Shown piece by piece: positions 31,692 through 42,098 of a DNA stretch of 64,000 bases. Below the pieces are notes generated by a model. That model was not told where the DNA came from and ran no database searches. It saw nothing but the letters and a program-made list of their open reading frames with translations. Made by a program: the position numbers and the translations under genes. The stretch lies in the NCBI GenBank assembly GCA_963728565.1, contig CAVSLC010000005.1:96001-160000 (forward strand), read 5' to 3'. Position 1 is the first letter of the stretch, and every line of letters starts with the position of its first letter. The DNA comes from an uncultured delta proteobacterium. Lineage in GTDB: Bacteria; Desulfobacterota; Binatia; UBA9968.

Positions 31692-32334
31692 TTGGAAACT
31701 TTAGATATTGAAGTCAACGCCCGCGAACCGGGAAGCAAGCACCAAGCCCGGCGGTTGCGGCGGGAAGGAAAGATCCCTGCGGTTCTGTATGGACCGAAAG
31801 TTCAACCACTTGCAATGGAGCTAAACCGGAAAGAGTTTTCGAGTCGAGTTGCCGGATTAGAGGGGTCGCATTTAGTTCGATTGAAATCGGCTTCCAGCGC
31901 GCTTGCTGACAAAGTCGCTTTGGTGAAGGAGATGCAATATCATCCGATTACCGGGGATGTGATTCACGCTGATTTCTATGAGGTCGATCTCTCAGCAAGA
32001 ATTGAAGTCAGTGTGCCTCTTCACTTCGTCGGCAAGGGCGCAGGGGTTGTGCGAGGCGGGATACTTCAACCCATCGTGCGCGAGATTCAAGTAGAATGTT
32101 TGCCGCTGGATATCCCTCAGTTCTTCAACGTAGACGTCAGTGGGCTGGATATCGGAGACTCCGTTCATATAGAAGATTTGCCGATGCCGGAGGGCGTCAC
32201 GGCTGTTTACGAGTCAAATTTTGCCCTAGTAACCGTCGCGACACCCACTGTGGAGGAGGAGCCGACCGCGGCTGCTGCCACAGGCGGAAGCGGCGCCGGT
32301 AGCATCTCCGGAGGAAAAAAAGGAAGAGGCGTAA
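31692..32334 (+). CDS. rplY: 50S ribosomal protein L25/Ctc (1-nt loss near 32279; true tail likely ...ASPEEKKEEA*)
   Basis: ARRLRREGKIPAVLYG; QYHPITGDVIHADF; GVVRGGIL; LDIGDSVHI. Confidence 0.93.
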
Positions 32335-32372
32335 TTGCTACCTGGAAGATTTTCACGGATTAGAACCGACGT

Positions 32373-32939
32373 GTGAAGTTGATAGTTGGGCTGGGAAATC
32401 CGGGTAGGAAGTACGATCAAACCCGACACAATATAGGGTTTCGCGTCGTCGATGATATAGCTAAACAGAATAGGGTTGCGATCAGAAACAGAGCTTGTGA
32501 TTCTCTGGTAGGTGAGTTGATCGTTATGGGTGAACGGGTATTACTTGCCAAGCCTCAGACCTACATGAATCTAAGTGGTCAGGCTGTCAAAGCACTGCTC
32601 AAAGACACTCGATCTTCACCCGAAAACCTGGTCGTTATATACGACGAATTGGATTTACCGTTTGGTCGCATACGCGTTCGGCAAAAGGGTAGTGCTGCTG
32701 GCCATCGGGGCGCGATGTCGATCATGGAAAGCCTGGCAGGGGCGCCATTCTACCGCGTTCGAGTAGGGATCGGACGGCCGCCAGAGGGCGTTGAGCCAGC
32801 GGATTTTGTATTGGAACCCTTTTTTCGCGACGAGGTCGACCAATTGGATGCGCTTGTTGCCCGCGCCGCCAAAGCAGCATTGTCTATTATTCAAGAAGGC
32901 GGTCAGCGCGCAATGGAAAAATTTAACCGAGTCGACTAA
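32373..32939 (+). CDS. pth: Peptidyl-tRNA hydrolase
   Basis: LIVGLGNPGRKYDQTRHNIGF; KPQTYMNLSG; YDELDLP; RVGIGRP. Confidence 0.97.
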   Translation: MKLIVGLGNPGRKYDQTRHNIGFRVVDDIAKQNRVAIRNRACDSLVGELIVMGERVLLAKPQTYMNLSGQAVKALLKDTRSSPENLVVIYDELDLPFGRIRVRQKGSAAGHRGAMSIMESLAGAPFYRVRVGIGRPPEGVEPADFVLEPFFRDEVDQLDALVARAAKAALSIIQEGGQRAMEKFNRVD

Positions 32940-33003
32940 GTATTCGGCTAACGCTACATCGAATTTTAAACGGGAAACGGAGCTTTATCATTTGAGGGGA
33001 AAT

Positions 33004-33393
33004 ATGACTGTGACAAACTATGAAACCCTTTTCATTGTCCATCCGGAAAAGGGACCGCGGATCAAAGAATTAATTGAAAGATTCAAAAAGGTTATCGAGG
33101 GGCAAGAGGGAGTCGTCTCTCAAGTCGAAGAATGGGGATTGCGAGATCTTGCATACCGTATTCAGAAACAGGGGAAGGGCTATTATACCTTGCTTCAGTA
33201 TCGCGCATCCGGACGGGCGGTGGAGGAATTAGAACGCAATCTGCGGCTCACCGATGGTATCTTGCGTTACTTAACCGTGCGCGATGACGAAGCTAATCAG
33301 GCTGCCGCTCAAGCTCCTGCCGTCGATGGGCCGGAGCAGGGCGATAATCCGCCGCCTGCGACAGATGCGACGACGACAGATACTCCGGTGTAA
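33004..33393 (+). CDS. rpsF: 30S ribosomal protein S6
   Basis: YETLFIVHP; EEWGLRDLAYRIQK; ILRYLTVR. Confidence 0.95.
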   Translation: MTVTNYETLFIVHPEKGPRIKELIERFKKVIEGQEGVVSQVEEWGLRDLAYRIQKQGKGYYTLLQYRASGRAVEELERNLRLTDGILRYLTVRDDEANQAAAQAPAVDGPEQGDNPPPATDATTTDTPV

Positions 33394-33686
33394 CGAATCG
33401 GCCTCGAGTGTGCCTGTGGCTGGGTATAAGGTATTGCAGCGATTATCTGTCGAGCCCAAACTTCATTGAGACCGCCCGGAAATGAGATTAATCCTTGATG
33501 AGTGCCGCTCGGGGGAGCTTGAGACCTGATAGAGTTACTGAAGAAAGCCGTCGGATAAGCTCCTCGAGGTGGTTTGACACGCAAAATTGGACGATTGTAG
33601 CAGCGTCGCGAGTTCTACTTGCCGCGGCTACCGGAAGCATATTGTTGGAAGACTAAGAAATCATAAGGAAGAAGGTAGAATAGCTT

Positions 33687-33983
33687 ATGGCTCAGAGGGA
33701 ATCTGGCGCGAGAGTCAACCGCGATCGCATGGATGACGATAAAGGCGGTGGTTCACGTCGGCGGCCGATGTTTCGGCGAAAAGTATGTCGCTTCTGTGCG
33801 GACAAGACACTCAGAATTGACTATAAGGATGTTCGGACTATTGCTTCCTTTGTAACGGAACGCGGGAAAATGACTCCCAGCCGCATAACAGGAAACTGTG
33901 CTCGTCACCAGAGATTGCTAACAACCGCAATCAAGCGAGCGCGCAGTGTCGCGTTGCTGCCGTTTACGACTGCAAAAAGCTAA
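33687..33983 (+). CDS. rpsR: 30S ribosomal protein S18
   Basis: RRKVCRFC...IDYKD...[19 protein letters not shown]...AIKRAR..ALLPF. Confidence 0.97.
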   Translation: MAQRESGARVNRDRMDDDKGGGSRRRPMFRRKVCRFCADKTLRIDYKDVRTIASFVTERGKMTPSRITGNCARHQRLLTTAIKRARSVALLPFTTAKS

Positions 33984-34953
33984 GAAAACGATTCTAATTC
34001 GATCGCGGCTGGAGATCATTGCCAGGGGTTTTCTCGCTACGGCTTTCACGGCAATGCTTTTCTTAGGCGGCGTGACAGCTCCACCGTTCGCCTTCGCGCT
34101 CTTCCCCCTAGTGCCGCAGCCGGTACTCTGGTTCGGGATAAAGTATGGTCTTATGCGAGGGATGAGCGTCGCAGTCCTTGCTCTGGTGATTTTGCTGTTA
34201 TGGGGCGGAGAGCAACTCGGGTATGTTTTTTCAATGTTCGTTCTGCTGATCGGGCTATTGTTTTTCTTTCTCGGCCGCATCCGAGTACTCGAAACGTTAG
34301 TCTTTTCAACCGCGGCCTTAGTGTTTACTGCCTTCAGCGCTTTGTTATTTATTCTATATGGCTCCTGGCAAGCGATCTTTCACGATGTGAGTCAAAGCCT
34401 CAATAGTAGCCTCACGTCTGCTGTTGAGATGCATGAGAAAATGGGGTTCCCGGAGGAAAGCATTGCGGTTCTGAAGGAACGCGCTGCCGAGATCGCCGGG
34501 ACGATTCTCCAGCTTCTCCCGGCGGCTGCTTTCGTCAGTCTCAGCCTAGTAGTATTATTCAATGTGGTTTTGTTATGCCGTCGATTCCCTGAAAAAAGGC
34601 CGCATTGGCTGACGCTTGTCAGCCTACGAGAGTGGAAAGCGCCTGATTTTCTGGTTTGGGGTGTGATCGTCTCTGGCTTCATTATGTTTATCCCCGGATT
34701 GGAATCGGTTAAGACGCTCGCAGCCAATTTTCTGCTGGTTTTTGGCGCATGCTACTTTTTCCAGGGACTGGCAATTATCGCGTTTTATTTCAACAAAAAT
34801 AATGTGCCCCGATTTGTTCGCGGGGTGGTTTACTTGTTTATCGTTTTTCAGCAGATATTCACATTATTAGTGGTCGGCCTTGGTTTATTCGACTTGTGGG
34901 TTGATTTTCGCCGGTTGAGAAAGCGGGATCTAAATCCCAGTCAGGCATCGTAA
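33946..34953 (+). CDS. YybS/DUF2232-family membrane protein (start uncertain)
   Basis: Multi-TM protein between rpsR and rplI; YFFQGLAII and [13 protein letters not shown] motifs. Confidence 0.8.
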   Translation: MSRCCRLRLQKAKKTILIRSRLEIIARGFLATAFTAMLFLGGVTAPPFAFALFPLVPQPVLWFGIKYGLMRGMSVAVLALVILLLWGGEQLGYVFSMFVLLIGLLFFFLGRIRVLETLVFSTAALVFTAFSALLFILYGSWQAIFHDVSQSLNSSLTSAVEMHEKMGFPEESIAVLKERAAEIAGTILQLLPAAAFVSLSLVVLFNVVLLCRRFPEKRPHWLTLVSLREWKAPDFLVWGVIVSGFIMFIPGLESVKTLAANFLLVFGACYFFQGLAIIAFYFNKNNVPRFVRGVVYLFIVFQQIFTLLVVGLGLFDLWVDFRRLRKRDLNPSQAS

Positions 34954-34963
34954 GGGAGGGGAT

Positions 34964-35410
34964 ATGGAAGTCATTTTAAAAGAAGACGTCGCCAACGTCG
35001 GCAAAATCGGTGAAGTGGTGCGTGTTCGCGACGGCTATGCGAGAAATTACCTTCTGCCTCGCGGCCTCGTCTTATTGGCCAATAAGAAAAATCTGAAGAC
35101 ATTCGAGCATCACAAGAAAGTTGTCGCTGATCAAAAACAAAAGATCACAAGGGAGGCGCAGTCGGTGGGACAGAGCATTAGCGCCGTTTCACTGACCATT
35201 CGCATGCGAGTCGGCGAGGAAGGGAAGCTCTTCGGTTCGGTGACCAATATCCAGATCGAAAAAGCTTTGAAGGCGCAAGGACTCATCGTCGACCGACGCA
35301 AGATCCAATTGGAAGAGCCGATCAAGGTCGCCGGCGACTATGAGGTGCCCATCCGTATGACCGCCGATCTTACAGTTCCGCTAAAGGTATCCGTCATACC
35401 GGAAGAATAG
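34964..35410 (+). CDS. rplI: 50S ribosomal protein L9
   Basis: MEVILKEDV...GEVVRVRDGYARNYLLPRG; GKLFGSVT. Confidence 0.97.
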   Translation: MEVILKEDVANVGKIGEVVRVRDGYARNYLLPRGLVLLANKKNLKTFEHHKKVVADQKQKITREAQSVGQSISAVSLTIRMRVGEEGKLFGSVTNIQIEKALKAQGLIVDRRKIQLEEPIKVAGDYEVPIRMTADLTVPLKVSVIPEE

Positions 35411-35546
35411 GCGGTGTGGGCAACCGAGCTCGAGCCGATACGCGATGACATCGTGCGCGCCTGGTTTAGCCGGTCACATCGATCCCATCTGAGTTGTTGA
35501 AATCTTCAGCCGCAACGGTAGCCGCGACTTTGACTCACGGCTGAAG

Positions 35547-36410
35547 ATGGTGATTTCGACGGCCATAGGCTCCAAGCGCGAGCTAGATCGCAGCCGACTT
35601 CTGATTTTTCTGGCCGCTTTGCTCTGGAGTCTGGCCGGGGTTTTCATCAAGCTCCTCGAGATCCACGCATTGACGATTGTTTTCTACCGAAGTTTCTTTG
35701 CGTCACTTGTTTTCGTCCCTTTTCTAAAATCCTCGAAGTTTCAGTTCAACGCGCCGATCATCGTTTCAGTGATCAGCTATACGGCCGCTATTACCGCCTT
35801 TGTGTCCGCAAATAAGTTGACGACGGCCGCCAATGCCATCGTTCTGCAGTACACGGCTCCAGTTCTGGTTTATATATTTTCTCGTTTGGTGCTGGGCGAA
35901 AAGATTTCGTATCCCAATGCCCTGGCATTGGCGGTTAGCATGGTCGGCGTCGGATTTATTTCCTTCGATAACGCCGGTCAGCCGGAGATGTCCGGGGTTC
36001 TGCTAGCTCTTTTGAGCGGGGTTCTGTTCGCCATTTACATGGTGAATCTGCAGCGAGTAAAAGAATTCAGCGCAACTTATCTGACCTGGTTGAACAATCT
36101 CGTCTGCGCGCTGCTGGTCTTGCCGTTCGTAAAACAGCCGTTGGCGCTTTCAATCGATCAACTTCTGATCGTGGCGATCATGGGAGCTGTGCAGCTGGGA
36201 CTCCCGTACTTTCTTTTTTCCAGGGGGTTACAGAGAATTCCACTGCAGGAAGCGGCGCTGATCGCATTGATTGAACCCGTACTAAATCCTGTCTGGGTGG
36301 CGCTGACCGTTGGCGAAATTCCGTCGTTCGCCACCTTGCTAGGGGGTAGCATGATTCTCGTCGCTCTGGCAGTTCGTTATCTGGGTCCGCTTCTAAGTAG
36401 ATCACGGTAA
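35547..36410 (+). CDS. EamA/DMT family transporter
   Basis: About 10 TM in two repeats; ANAIVLQYTAP and LIEPVLNPVWV. Confidence 0.88.
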   Translation: MVISTAIGSKRELDRSRLLIFLAALLWSLAGVFIKLLEIHALTIVFYRSFFASLVFVPFLKSSKFQFNAPIIVSVISYTAAITAFVSANKLTTAANAIVLQYTAPVLVYIFSRLVLGEKISYPNALALAVSMVGVGFISFDNAGQPEMSGVLLALLSGVLFAIYMVNLQRVKEFSATYLTWLNNLVCALLVLPFVKQPLALSIDQLLIVAIMGAVQLGLPYFLFSRGLQRIPLQEAALIALIEPVLNPVWVALTVGEIPSFATLLGGSMILVALAVRYLGPLLSRSR

Positions 36411-36495
36411 CCGGTCAAAGTTTTGACGGTGCTGGCTTAGATCCTAAGTCGTTCTGTGATACGGTTGCTTAACTTTACACTCTGACACAAGGAGG

Positions 36496-37308
36496 ATGAG
36501 ATCTATGAATTGGGGAATGGAGAATCGATTAGCTCGAATTATCAAGCCGGCGGATAAGCGCGCGGTTATGCTCGCCGTAGACCATGGTTACTTTCTCGGT
36601 CCTACCAGCGGCTTGGAAGATCCGCGGCAAACAATTGAACCACTCATGCCGCACGCCGACTCGATCATGTTGACTCGCGGTGTGCTAAGAACGTCCGTCG
36701 ATCCCAACTTCGACAAGCCTGTTGTTCTCCGGGTTTCCGGCGGCGCTAGCATCCTTAAAGAACTTTCCAACGAAGACATCACGGTCTCAATCGACGATTG
36801 CATTCGTCTCAACGTATCGGCGATGGCGCTTTCGATCTTTGTCGGATCGGAGTTCGAGAAGGAGACGCTGGTGAGTCTGGCCAAACTGGTGGATGAGGGA
36901 GAGAAGTTTGGCATTCCGGTGCTCGCAGTAACGGCGGTAGGCAAGGACATGGCGCGTGATGTTCGCTACTTAGGCTTGGCCTGCCGCATTGCCGCGGAGC
37001 TTGGCGCTCACATCGTCAAAACCTATTACTGTGACGAATTCGAGCAGTTAATCGAGAGCTGCCCAATCCCGGTGATCGTAGCTGGTGGCAAAAAGACGCC
37101 AGAGCTTGAAGCTTTGGAACTAACCTACAATTCCGTTAAGGGCGGCGCCGTCGGGGTTGACATGGGGCGAAATATTTTCCAGTCCGATTGCCCCGTGGGG
37201 ATGATCCAAGCGGTGCGGGCGATCGTACATGACAACGTTTCGGTCAAAGAAGCATACAAGATTTATGAGGGCGCCAAAGGAGCCATCGCGAAGCGGGCAG
37301 CCGGCTAA
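36496..37308 (+). CDS. lsrF: LsrF-like class I aldolase/thiolase (DhnA family)
   Basis: MNWGMENRLARI...MLAVDHGYFLGPTSGLE; RIAAELGAHIVKTYY; AGGKK; GVDMGRNIFQS. Confidence 0.85.
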   Translation: MRSMNWGMENRLARIIKPADKRAVMLAVDHGYFLGPTSGLEDPRQTIEPLMPHADSIMLTRGVLRTSVDPNFDKPVVLRVSGGASILKELSNEDITVSIDDCIRLNVSAMALSIFVGSEFEKETLVSLAKLVDEGEKFGIPVLAVTAVGKDMARDVRYLGLACRIAAELGAHIVKTYYCDEFEQLIESCPIPVIVAGGKKTPELEALELTYNSVKGGAVGVDMGRNIFQSDCPVGMIQAVRAIVHDNVSVKEAYKIYEGAKGAIAKRAAG

Positions 37309-37370
37309 AGTATTTTAGGAGCTCTACGTATCTCCGCCTGAATTGAGCACCACCTCGAGCATTCTCGCGC

Positions 37371-37398
37371 GTTCTTGGTCAGAAGACCAAGAACTTTT
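37371..37398 (+). terminator. Intrinsic terminator-like hairpin after lsrF
   Basis: gttcttggtc-agaa-gaccaagaac-tttt. Confidence 0.55.
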
Positions 37399-37496
37399 GC
37401 TCGGGAAACAATTCGGGCGGGCAGCTTTGTGATAACCGTATGTCCTCATCACATAAGCATCTGAATAACTCTAAGCAGAAACCTCGCCGCAGCAGC

Positions 37497-38522
37497 ATGC
37501 GAGTGGCCATGTATTACAGTAATCACGACGTGCGGCTTGAAGAGATGCGCGTTCCGAAGATCGGATCCGGTGAGTTACTGGTGCGCATTCGCGCCAGCGG
37601 CATTTGCGGCAGCGATCTGATGGAATGGTACCGCATCAAAAAAGCGCCGCTTGTCCTGGGGCACGAGATTACCGGGGACGTCATCGAAGTCGGCACCGGT
37701 GTTGGAAACTTCCGTGTTGGGGACCGAGTCTTCTCCTCGCATCATGTGCCGTGCGGGAAGTGCCGGTATTGTCATGCCGGTCATCAGTCGGTATGCGAAA
37801 TGCTCCGCACCACGCATTTCGATCCGGGCGGCTTCTCTGAATTCGTCCGTGTGCCCAGGATCAATGTAGATCTGGGGACGCTTCTTTTACCTGACGAGAT
37901 AAGCTTTGATGAAGGATCATTTATCGAACCGCTCGCTTGTGTGGTCCGTGCGCAACGATTCGCTCGACTTGCAACCGGCCAAACTGTGCTAGTGATCGGC
38001 AGCGGGATTTCGGGTTTGTTGCACATCCAGCTTGCGCGTGCTCGCGGCGCGCATCGAATCATAGCCACCGACGTCAGTGATTTTCGGTTGACGGCAGCGG
38101 CACGGTTTGGAGCGCATGCAACGATTCACGGTGCCGAGCAGGTTCCGGATCGATTACGTGAGCTGAACGAAGGCCGGTTAGCTGATGTGGTAATCGTCTG
38201 CACGGCCGCCATGCCCGCCATTCAACAAGCTATACAATCCGTTGATCGCGGTGGTACGCTGCTATTCTTTGCGCCAACGGCGGCTGGAGTTGATGTGCCG
38301 ATACCCTTGTTTGAATTTTGGCGAGATGAAATTTCCGTCGTCACTTCGTATGCCGGCAGTGGCGATGATTTGCTTGAATCGCTGGAACTTATCCGAACTC
38401 GTCAAGTGCGGGTTGGAGAGATGATCACGCATCGATTGCCGTTGTCGCAGGCGGGTTTAGGATTTCAACTTACCGCCAGCGGCTCGGAATCGATCAAAGT
38501 GATTCTCGATCCTTTGATTTGA
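37497..38522 (+). CDS. Zinc-dependent alcohol/polyol dehydrogenase
   Basis: GICGSD; LGHE; structural zinc CGKCRYCHAGHQSVC; GSGISG. Confidence 0.92.
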   Translation: MRVAMYYSNHDVRLEEMRVPKIGSGELLVRIRASGICGSDLMEWYRIKKAPLVLGHEITGDVIEVGTGVGNFRVGDRVFSSHHVPCGKCRYCHAGHQSVCEMLRTTHFDPGGFSEFVRVPRINVDLGTLLLPDEISFDEGSFIEPLACVVRAQRFARLATGQTVLVIGSGISGLLHIQLARARGAHRIIATDVSDFRLTAAARFGAHATIHGAEQVPDRLRELNEGRLADVVIVCTAAMPAIQQAIQSVDRGGTLLFFAPTAAGVDVPIPLFEFWRDEISVVTSYAGSGDDLLESLELIRTRQVRVGEMITHRLPLSQAGLGFQLTASGSESIKVILDPLI

Positions 38523-38539
38523 GCGGCGCGTGCTTCCGG

Positions 38540-39541
38540 TCATTTCGTCACCCCTAACTCTTTGCGAGCTTTGTTTAGAAAAGAAAAATCGACGATATCG
38601 GAAACAGGGATCGGTTTTGTCACGTTGGCGTTTTCGCGGGCGAGGTCAATGAGCACTTGGACGGATTCCGGCCGAACATAGGCGTCCTTGGTTAACACCC
38701 GGCTCACGTGCCGGAACATTTCTCCGGCCATTCTTCTATCGTTTATGTTCCATTGCTTCATCAGAATATTGGTCACCGCATCGCTATTATTTCTGTCCCA
38801 GATAAACTGCAGGCCGCGTACTGTGGCGCGCACCATTCGATAAACCTCGTCGGGGTTCTCACGGATCCTCTTGTGTGAAGTCCCGAAGCCATTTTGGGCA
38901 AACTCCACAATATCGCCAAGAAATAGCAGCTCATTGTAGCCCTTCTCAAGTGCCACGATGTTCTCCGGGACGGAAAGCAGCGAGGCGTCGACGACGCCGG
39001 ACTCGAGAACCGCGAAGCGGCTGGCTGCGTTCCCTGACATCTGCAAAACCGAGACATCTTTACCAGGCTCGAGTCCGATTTGTTTCAATGCTTGATTGGC
39101 GAGAAGTGTGGCTGAGCCTCCCGGCGAGCTTCCGGCAATTTTTTTGCCCTTCAACTGTTTGACGTCTTTGATATTTTTTTGACCAACGAGAAACAACAGT
39201 GGCTTAGAGACGGTGAAGAGCAAAACCTTCATCGGCTGATCCCGAACCGCCGCGCCGATGGTGCCGGTCACAGCGCCGTTGTAGTCGACGTCTCCATTCA
39301 ACACGGCCGTGCTTGCCAGGTTCGCGGGCATAAAGATGATTTCCAAATCGATCCCTTCATCCTTAAAAAATCCACGGTGGAGCGCCGTATAAATAGCCAG
39401 GAAGGAGACATTGGTGGAAGAACTGCCCATTCGCACTTTCTTCAACTGAGACTGGGCATGGCCAGCAGAAGGAAAATGAACAGCACCCAGCGCCACGGCG
39501 AACATTAAAACGACTCTTGTCATGGGTTGGAAAAGTTTCAT
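38540..39541 (-). CDS. SsuA/NMT1-type substrate-binding protein
   Basis: Signal peptide; GFFKDEGIDLE; LKGKKIAGSSPG; RENPDEV. Confidence 0.85.
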   Translation of the reverse strand: MKLFQPMTRVVLMFAVALGAVHFPSAGHAQSQLKKVRMGSSSTNVSFLAIYTALHRGFFKDEGIDLEIIFMPANLASTAVLNGDVDYNGAVTGTIGAAVRDQPMKVLLFTVSKPLLFLVGQKNIKDVKQLKGKKIAGSSPGGSATLLANQALKQIGLEPGKDVSVLQMSGNAASRFAVLESGVVDASLLSVPENIVALEKGYNELLFLGDIVEFAQNGFGTSHKRIRENPDEVYRMVRATVRGLQFIWDRNNSDAVTNILMKQWNINDRRMAGEMFRHVSRVLTKDAYVRPESVQVLIDLARENANVTKPIPVSDIVDFSFLNKARKELGVTK

Positions 39542-39574
39542 AGCTGCATCCTTGCTTAGGTTGGTCTCTGAGGA

Positions 39575-41485
39575 TCAATCCAGTTGACTCCATTGTTTGA
39601 ACTCTTCAAGCCCCAAGCGGGTTAGTGTGTCCACATAGGGCCGACCGGTTCTTTCATGCCGCCCGGATAAACGATAGTACTCGAAAATGAGCTCGGGCAA
39701 CCATTTCGCAATGGTGAAGCCCTTGTACTTGCCGTCAGGAATTGGCTCGAGAAAGCGCGGTCCCACGTCTTGCCAATCATGGTCGGCAATCCACCCGCGC
39801 TGAGTGCCGAAAACGCTTTGAAGGATGATGCTGCGGTGACCGACGTCAATGGTTTCGTCGAGGCTGACGTTCCACCCTGTGGTCGCATTGAGCGCGTCCA
39901 CCATGCTTTTCACGCCGTCCGGCGGTTTGTCGTTTAAGGCGAACCAGCAACCACCCATGACTCCACAGGCCTGGCGAATTTGCTCCGTTAGAAGATGCGA
40001 ATTCGTCCAGCCATCGGGCTGAGTCGGATCGAGCGGACCCCACCTCTCTCGATATAACAGATCAGCGGGCGGCTCTGTGCCGCCAGCACCCTGCGGTTTC
40101 ATGCCGCCGCTTGCCACCAGTTCGCGCAACATTTGGCTGAGCAGTGGCCGCCATTCATGTTGCGCCGGTGTCCCGCCCTTTGTGTGCACCACCCAATTTT
40201 TTGCTTCGCCCCCCAGTGCTTCGGCAAGTTCTTTAGGTCCATCAGCGAGAATATTGCCGAGCCATGTTTCGCGGCGCGCGCAGCGTTCCAGCAGAGTTTC
40301 GGCTGCGCGCAAATTGCCCCATTCCAATTTCAAACCGTCGGTACGATCTGGCCCAAGAACACCCTTTTCCCAGGCCTCGAAGGCTAGTCCGGCGCCGCAG
40401 GCGAAATGGCTGCACTCGATTCCCAAATCGTTGATGCGCTCTGATAGATAGAGCACGTCGTTACCCTTGAAACCAAGATTGTAGAAAGTGTCCATCCATT
40501 CGCTGCCCGCGTTGAAGTGTCCGATTGCGCCTTTGAAGCGGCCTTCGCCGACTTTCACGTCCCAGGGGCACATGCGCGGGCACTGGAAGCAGGGCCTCAA
40601 GACGACTTGGTTCTGATCCAGGCCCTTGGCCTCATCGGTGATGACGGTACTGCGCCAATTAAGTTTCGTAATCGCGCCCCAATCCTCGCCGTGGCCGACG
40701 CTGGTCAGACGTTTTTGTACTGTCGTTGTGCGCGCCGCGATTGCTTTGCGCCAGCGCAGTCCGGCTTCGATCAGCGTATTCTTGTCGTGCACCCGGGGAC
40801 GCTTGGTGCCCCACGCGACAATGGCCTTAAGTTTTTTCGAGCCCATCACAGCGCCCAGGCCATGGGCTGCGTTATGATTGTAGTCATTGACGAACATAGC
40901 GGCACGAATCAGACTTTCGCCGGCCGGTCCGATACACCCCACCCGCGCGTCCTGATGACCGGATTCGTCTCGGAGCAAGTCTTCGGTGTCGCGCGACCCT
41001 TTACCCCACACGCGCCCCGCATCGCGCAATTCAACCTTGTCTTCGCCGATATAAAGATAGGTCGGCGCCTGGGCTGCACCGGTGATGATGACACCGTCAT
41101 AGCCGGCTGCTTTAAGTGATGTGCCGAAATAGCCGCTGGTTGCGCCTCGACCTAGGGTGTAGCGAGTTGCCGGGCTGAGATAAACGAAGCACATTTTCGT
41201 GCCCCCCGGGGTAAAGCCGGTTCCGGTAATGGGTCCGGTCATGCCAACGATGACGTTGCGGGCATCATAGGGATCGATATTGATCGGCAATTCGTTAAGG
41301 AGAACGTACTCAGCGAAGAGTTGACCGCCCCAGTATTTTCGCAATATCGGCTCTTCCGGAAGATGCAAATCGATCAGTTCTCCCGTGCTGAGATTGACGC
41401 GCAGGATCTTACCCATATACCCGCCGGGCAAGCGCGTCCGGCGTTGGACCGGAAAAAAGTTTCTATAGTCGGAGCTCTCACTCAT
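39575..41485 (-). CDS. Aldehyde:ferredoxin oxidoreductase (AOR/WOR) family protein, intact copy
   Basis: GGYMGKILRVNLS; LKAAGYDGVII; CIGPAGE; GLGAVMGSKKLKAI; CFQCPRMC Fe-S motif; LTRLGL. Confidence 0.9.
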   Translation of the reverse strand: MSESSDYRNFFPVQRRTRLPGGYMGKILRVNLSTGELIDLHLPEEPILRKYWGGQLFAEYVLLNELPINIDPYDARNVIVGMTGPITGTGFTPGGTKMCFVYLSPATRYTLGRGATSGYFGTSLKAAGYDGVIITGAAQAPTYLYIGEDKVELRDAGRVWGKGSRDTEDLLRDESGHQDARVGCIGPAGESLIRAAMFVNDYNHNAAHGLGAVMGSKKLKAIVAWGTKRPRVHDKNTLIEAGLRWRKAIAARTTTVQKRLTSVGHGEDWGAITKLNWRSTVITDEAKGLDQNQVVLRPCFQCPRMCPWDVKVGEGRFKGAIGHFNAGSEWMDTFYNLGFKGNDVLYLSERINDLGIECSHFACGAGLAFEAWEKGVLGPDRTDGLKLEWGNLRAAETLLERCARRETWLGNILADGPKELAEALGGEAKNWVVHTKGGTPAQHEWRPLLSQMLRELVASGGMKPQGAGGTEPPADLLYRERWGPLDPTQPDGWTNSHLLTEQIRQACGVMGGCWFALNDKPPDGVKSMVDALNATTGWNVSLDETIDVGHRSIILQSVFGTQRGWIADHDWQDVGPRFLEPIPDGKYKGFTIAKWLPELIFEYYRLSGRHERTGRPYVDTLTRLGLEEFKQWSQLD

Positions 41486-41528
41486 TGATGCCTCACTCGG
41501 GCTTATAGTTTGAAATTGCCTAAAACGT

Positions 41529-41918
41529 TCAAGCCGTTAAGTCCAATCTCCGCGCAAGCATGAAAGTGATTCCTGTGAGACCGTTCTCGGCGGGCTCCCA
41601 ACCTTGCTCGGGTTTGTCACCGGTAAAAAAACGCGCGCGCTGGCGACGTAATATCGATCCATTCGCGTCGGCAGATTGGCGATGAAGTGGATATCCAGAT
41701 AATCGCTGCCCTTGCTGACATCCTCCCAACTCTTACCGCGGTCGAAGCTGCGCACCATACCGCCATGTTCGATGGAAGATAGACGATGCTAGTGTTGTCC
41801 GGATGGATGAAGATATTGCCAATGCGGCCGTTATGGGGCGGCTGTGGACACCACCAATTTTTCGCCAAATTATCAGTCCAGCCTGCGTTCCCGCGTAACC
41901 ACGAACTCCTTCGTTCAT
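41529..41918 (-). pseudogene. Internally deleted remnant of a BNR/YVTN beta-propeller protein
   Basis: MNEGVRGYAGTQAGLIIWR jumps directly to ...IFIHPD...VRSFDRGKSWEDVS.G.DYLDIH; paralog of 45592-46647. Confidence 0.75.
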
Positions 41919-42098
41919 CGGACCTCTCCTTGTCTGCCGGTGATTGTTCACCGACAGTGATAGTCAATGCATTGGGACTGACCCTTGGTTTCTTCAAACC
42001 GTTCGAGCAGTTCAAAAGTTTTCAAATGACCTCGGAAAAATATTGAGGTCCTGTTTGAACGGATTTCACGATTTGAATGACTTGGACTGTTTCTCCGC

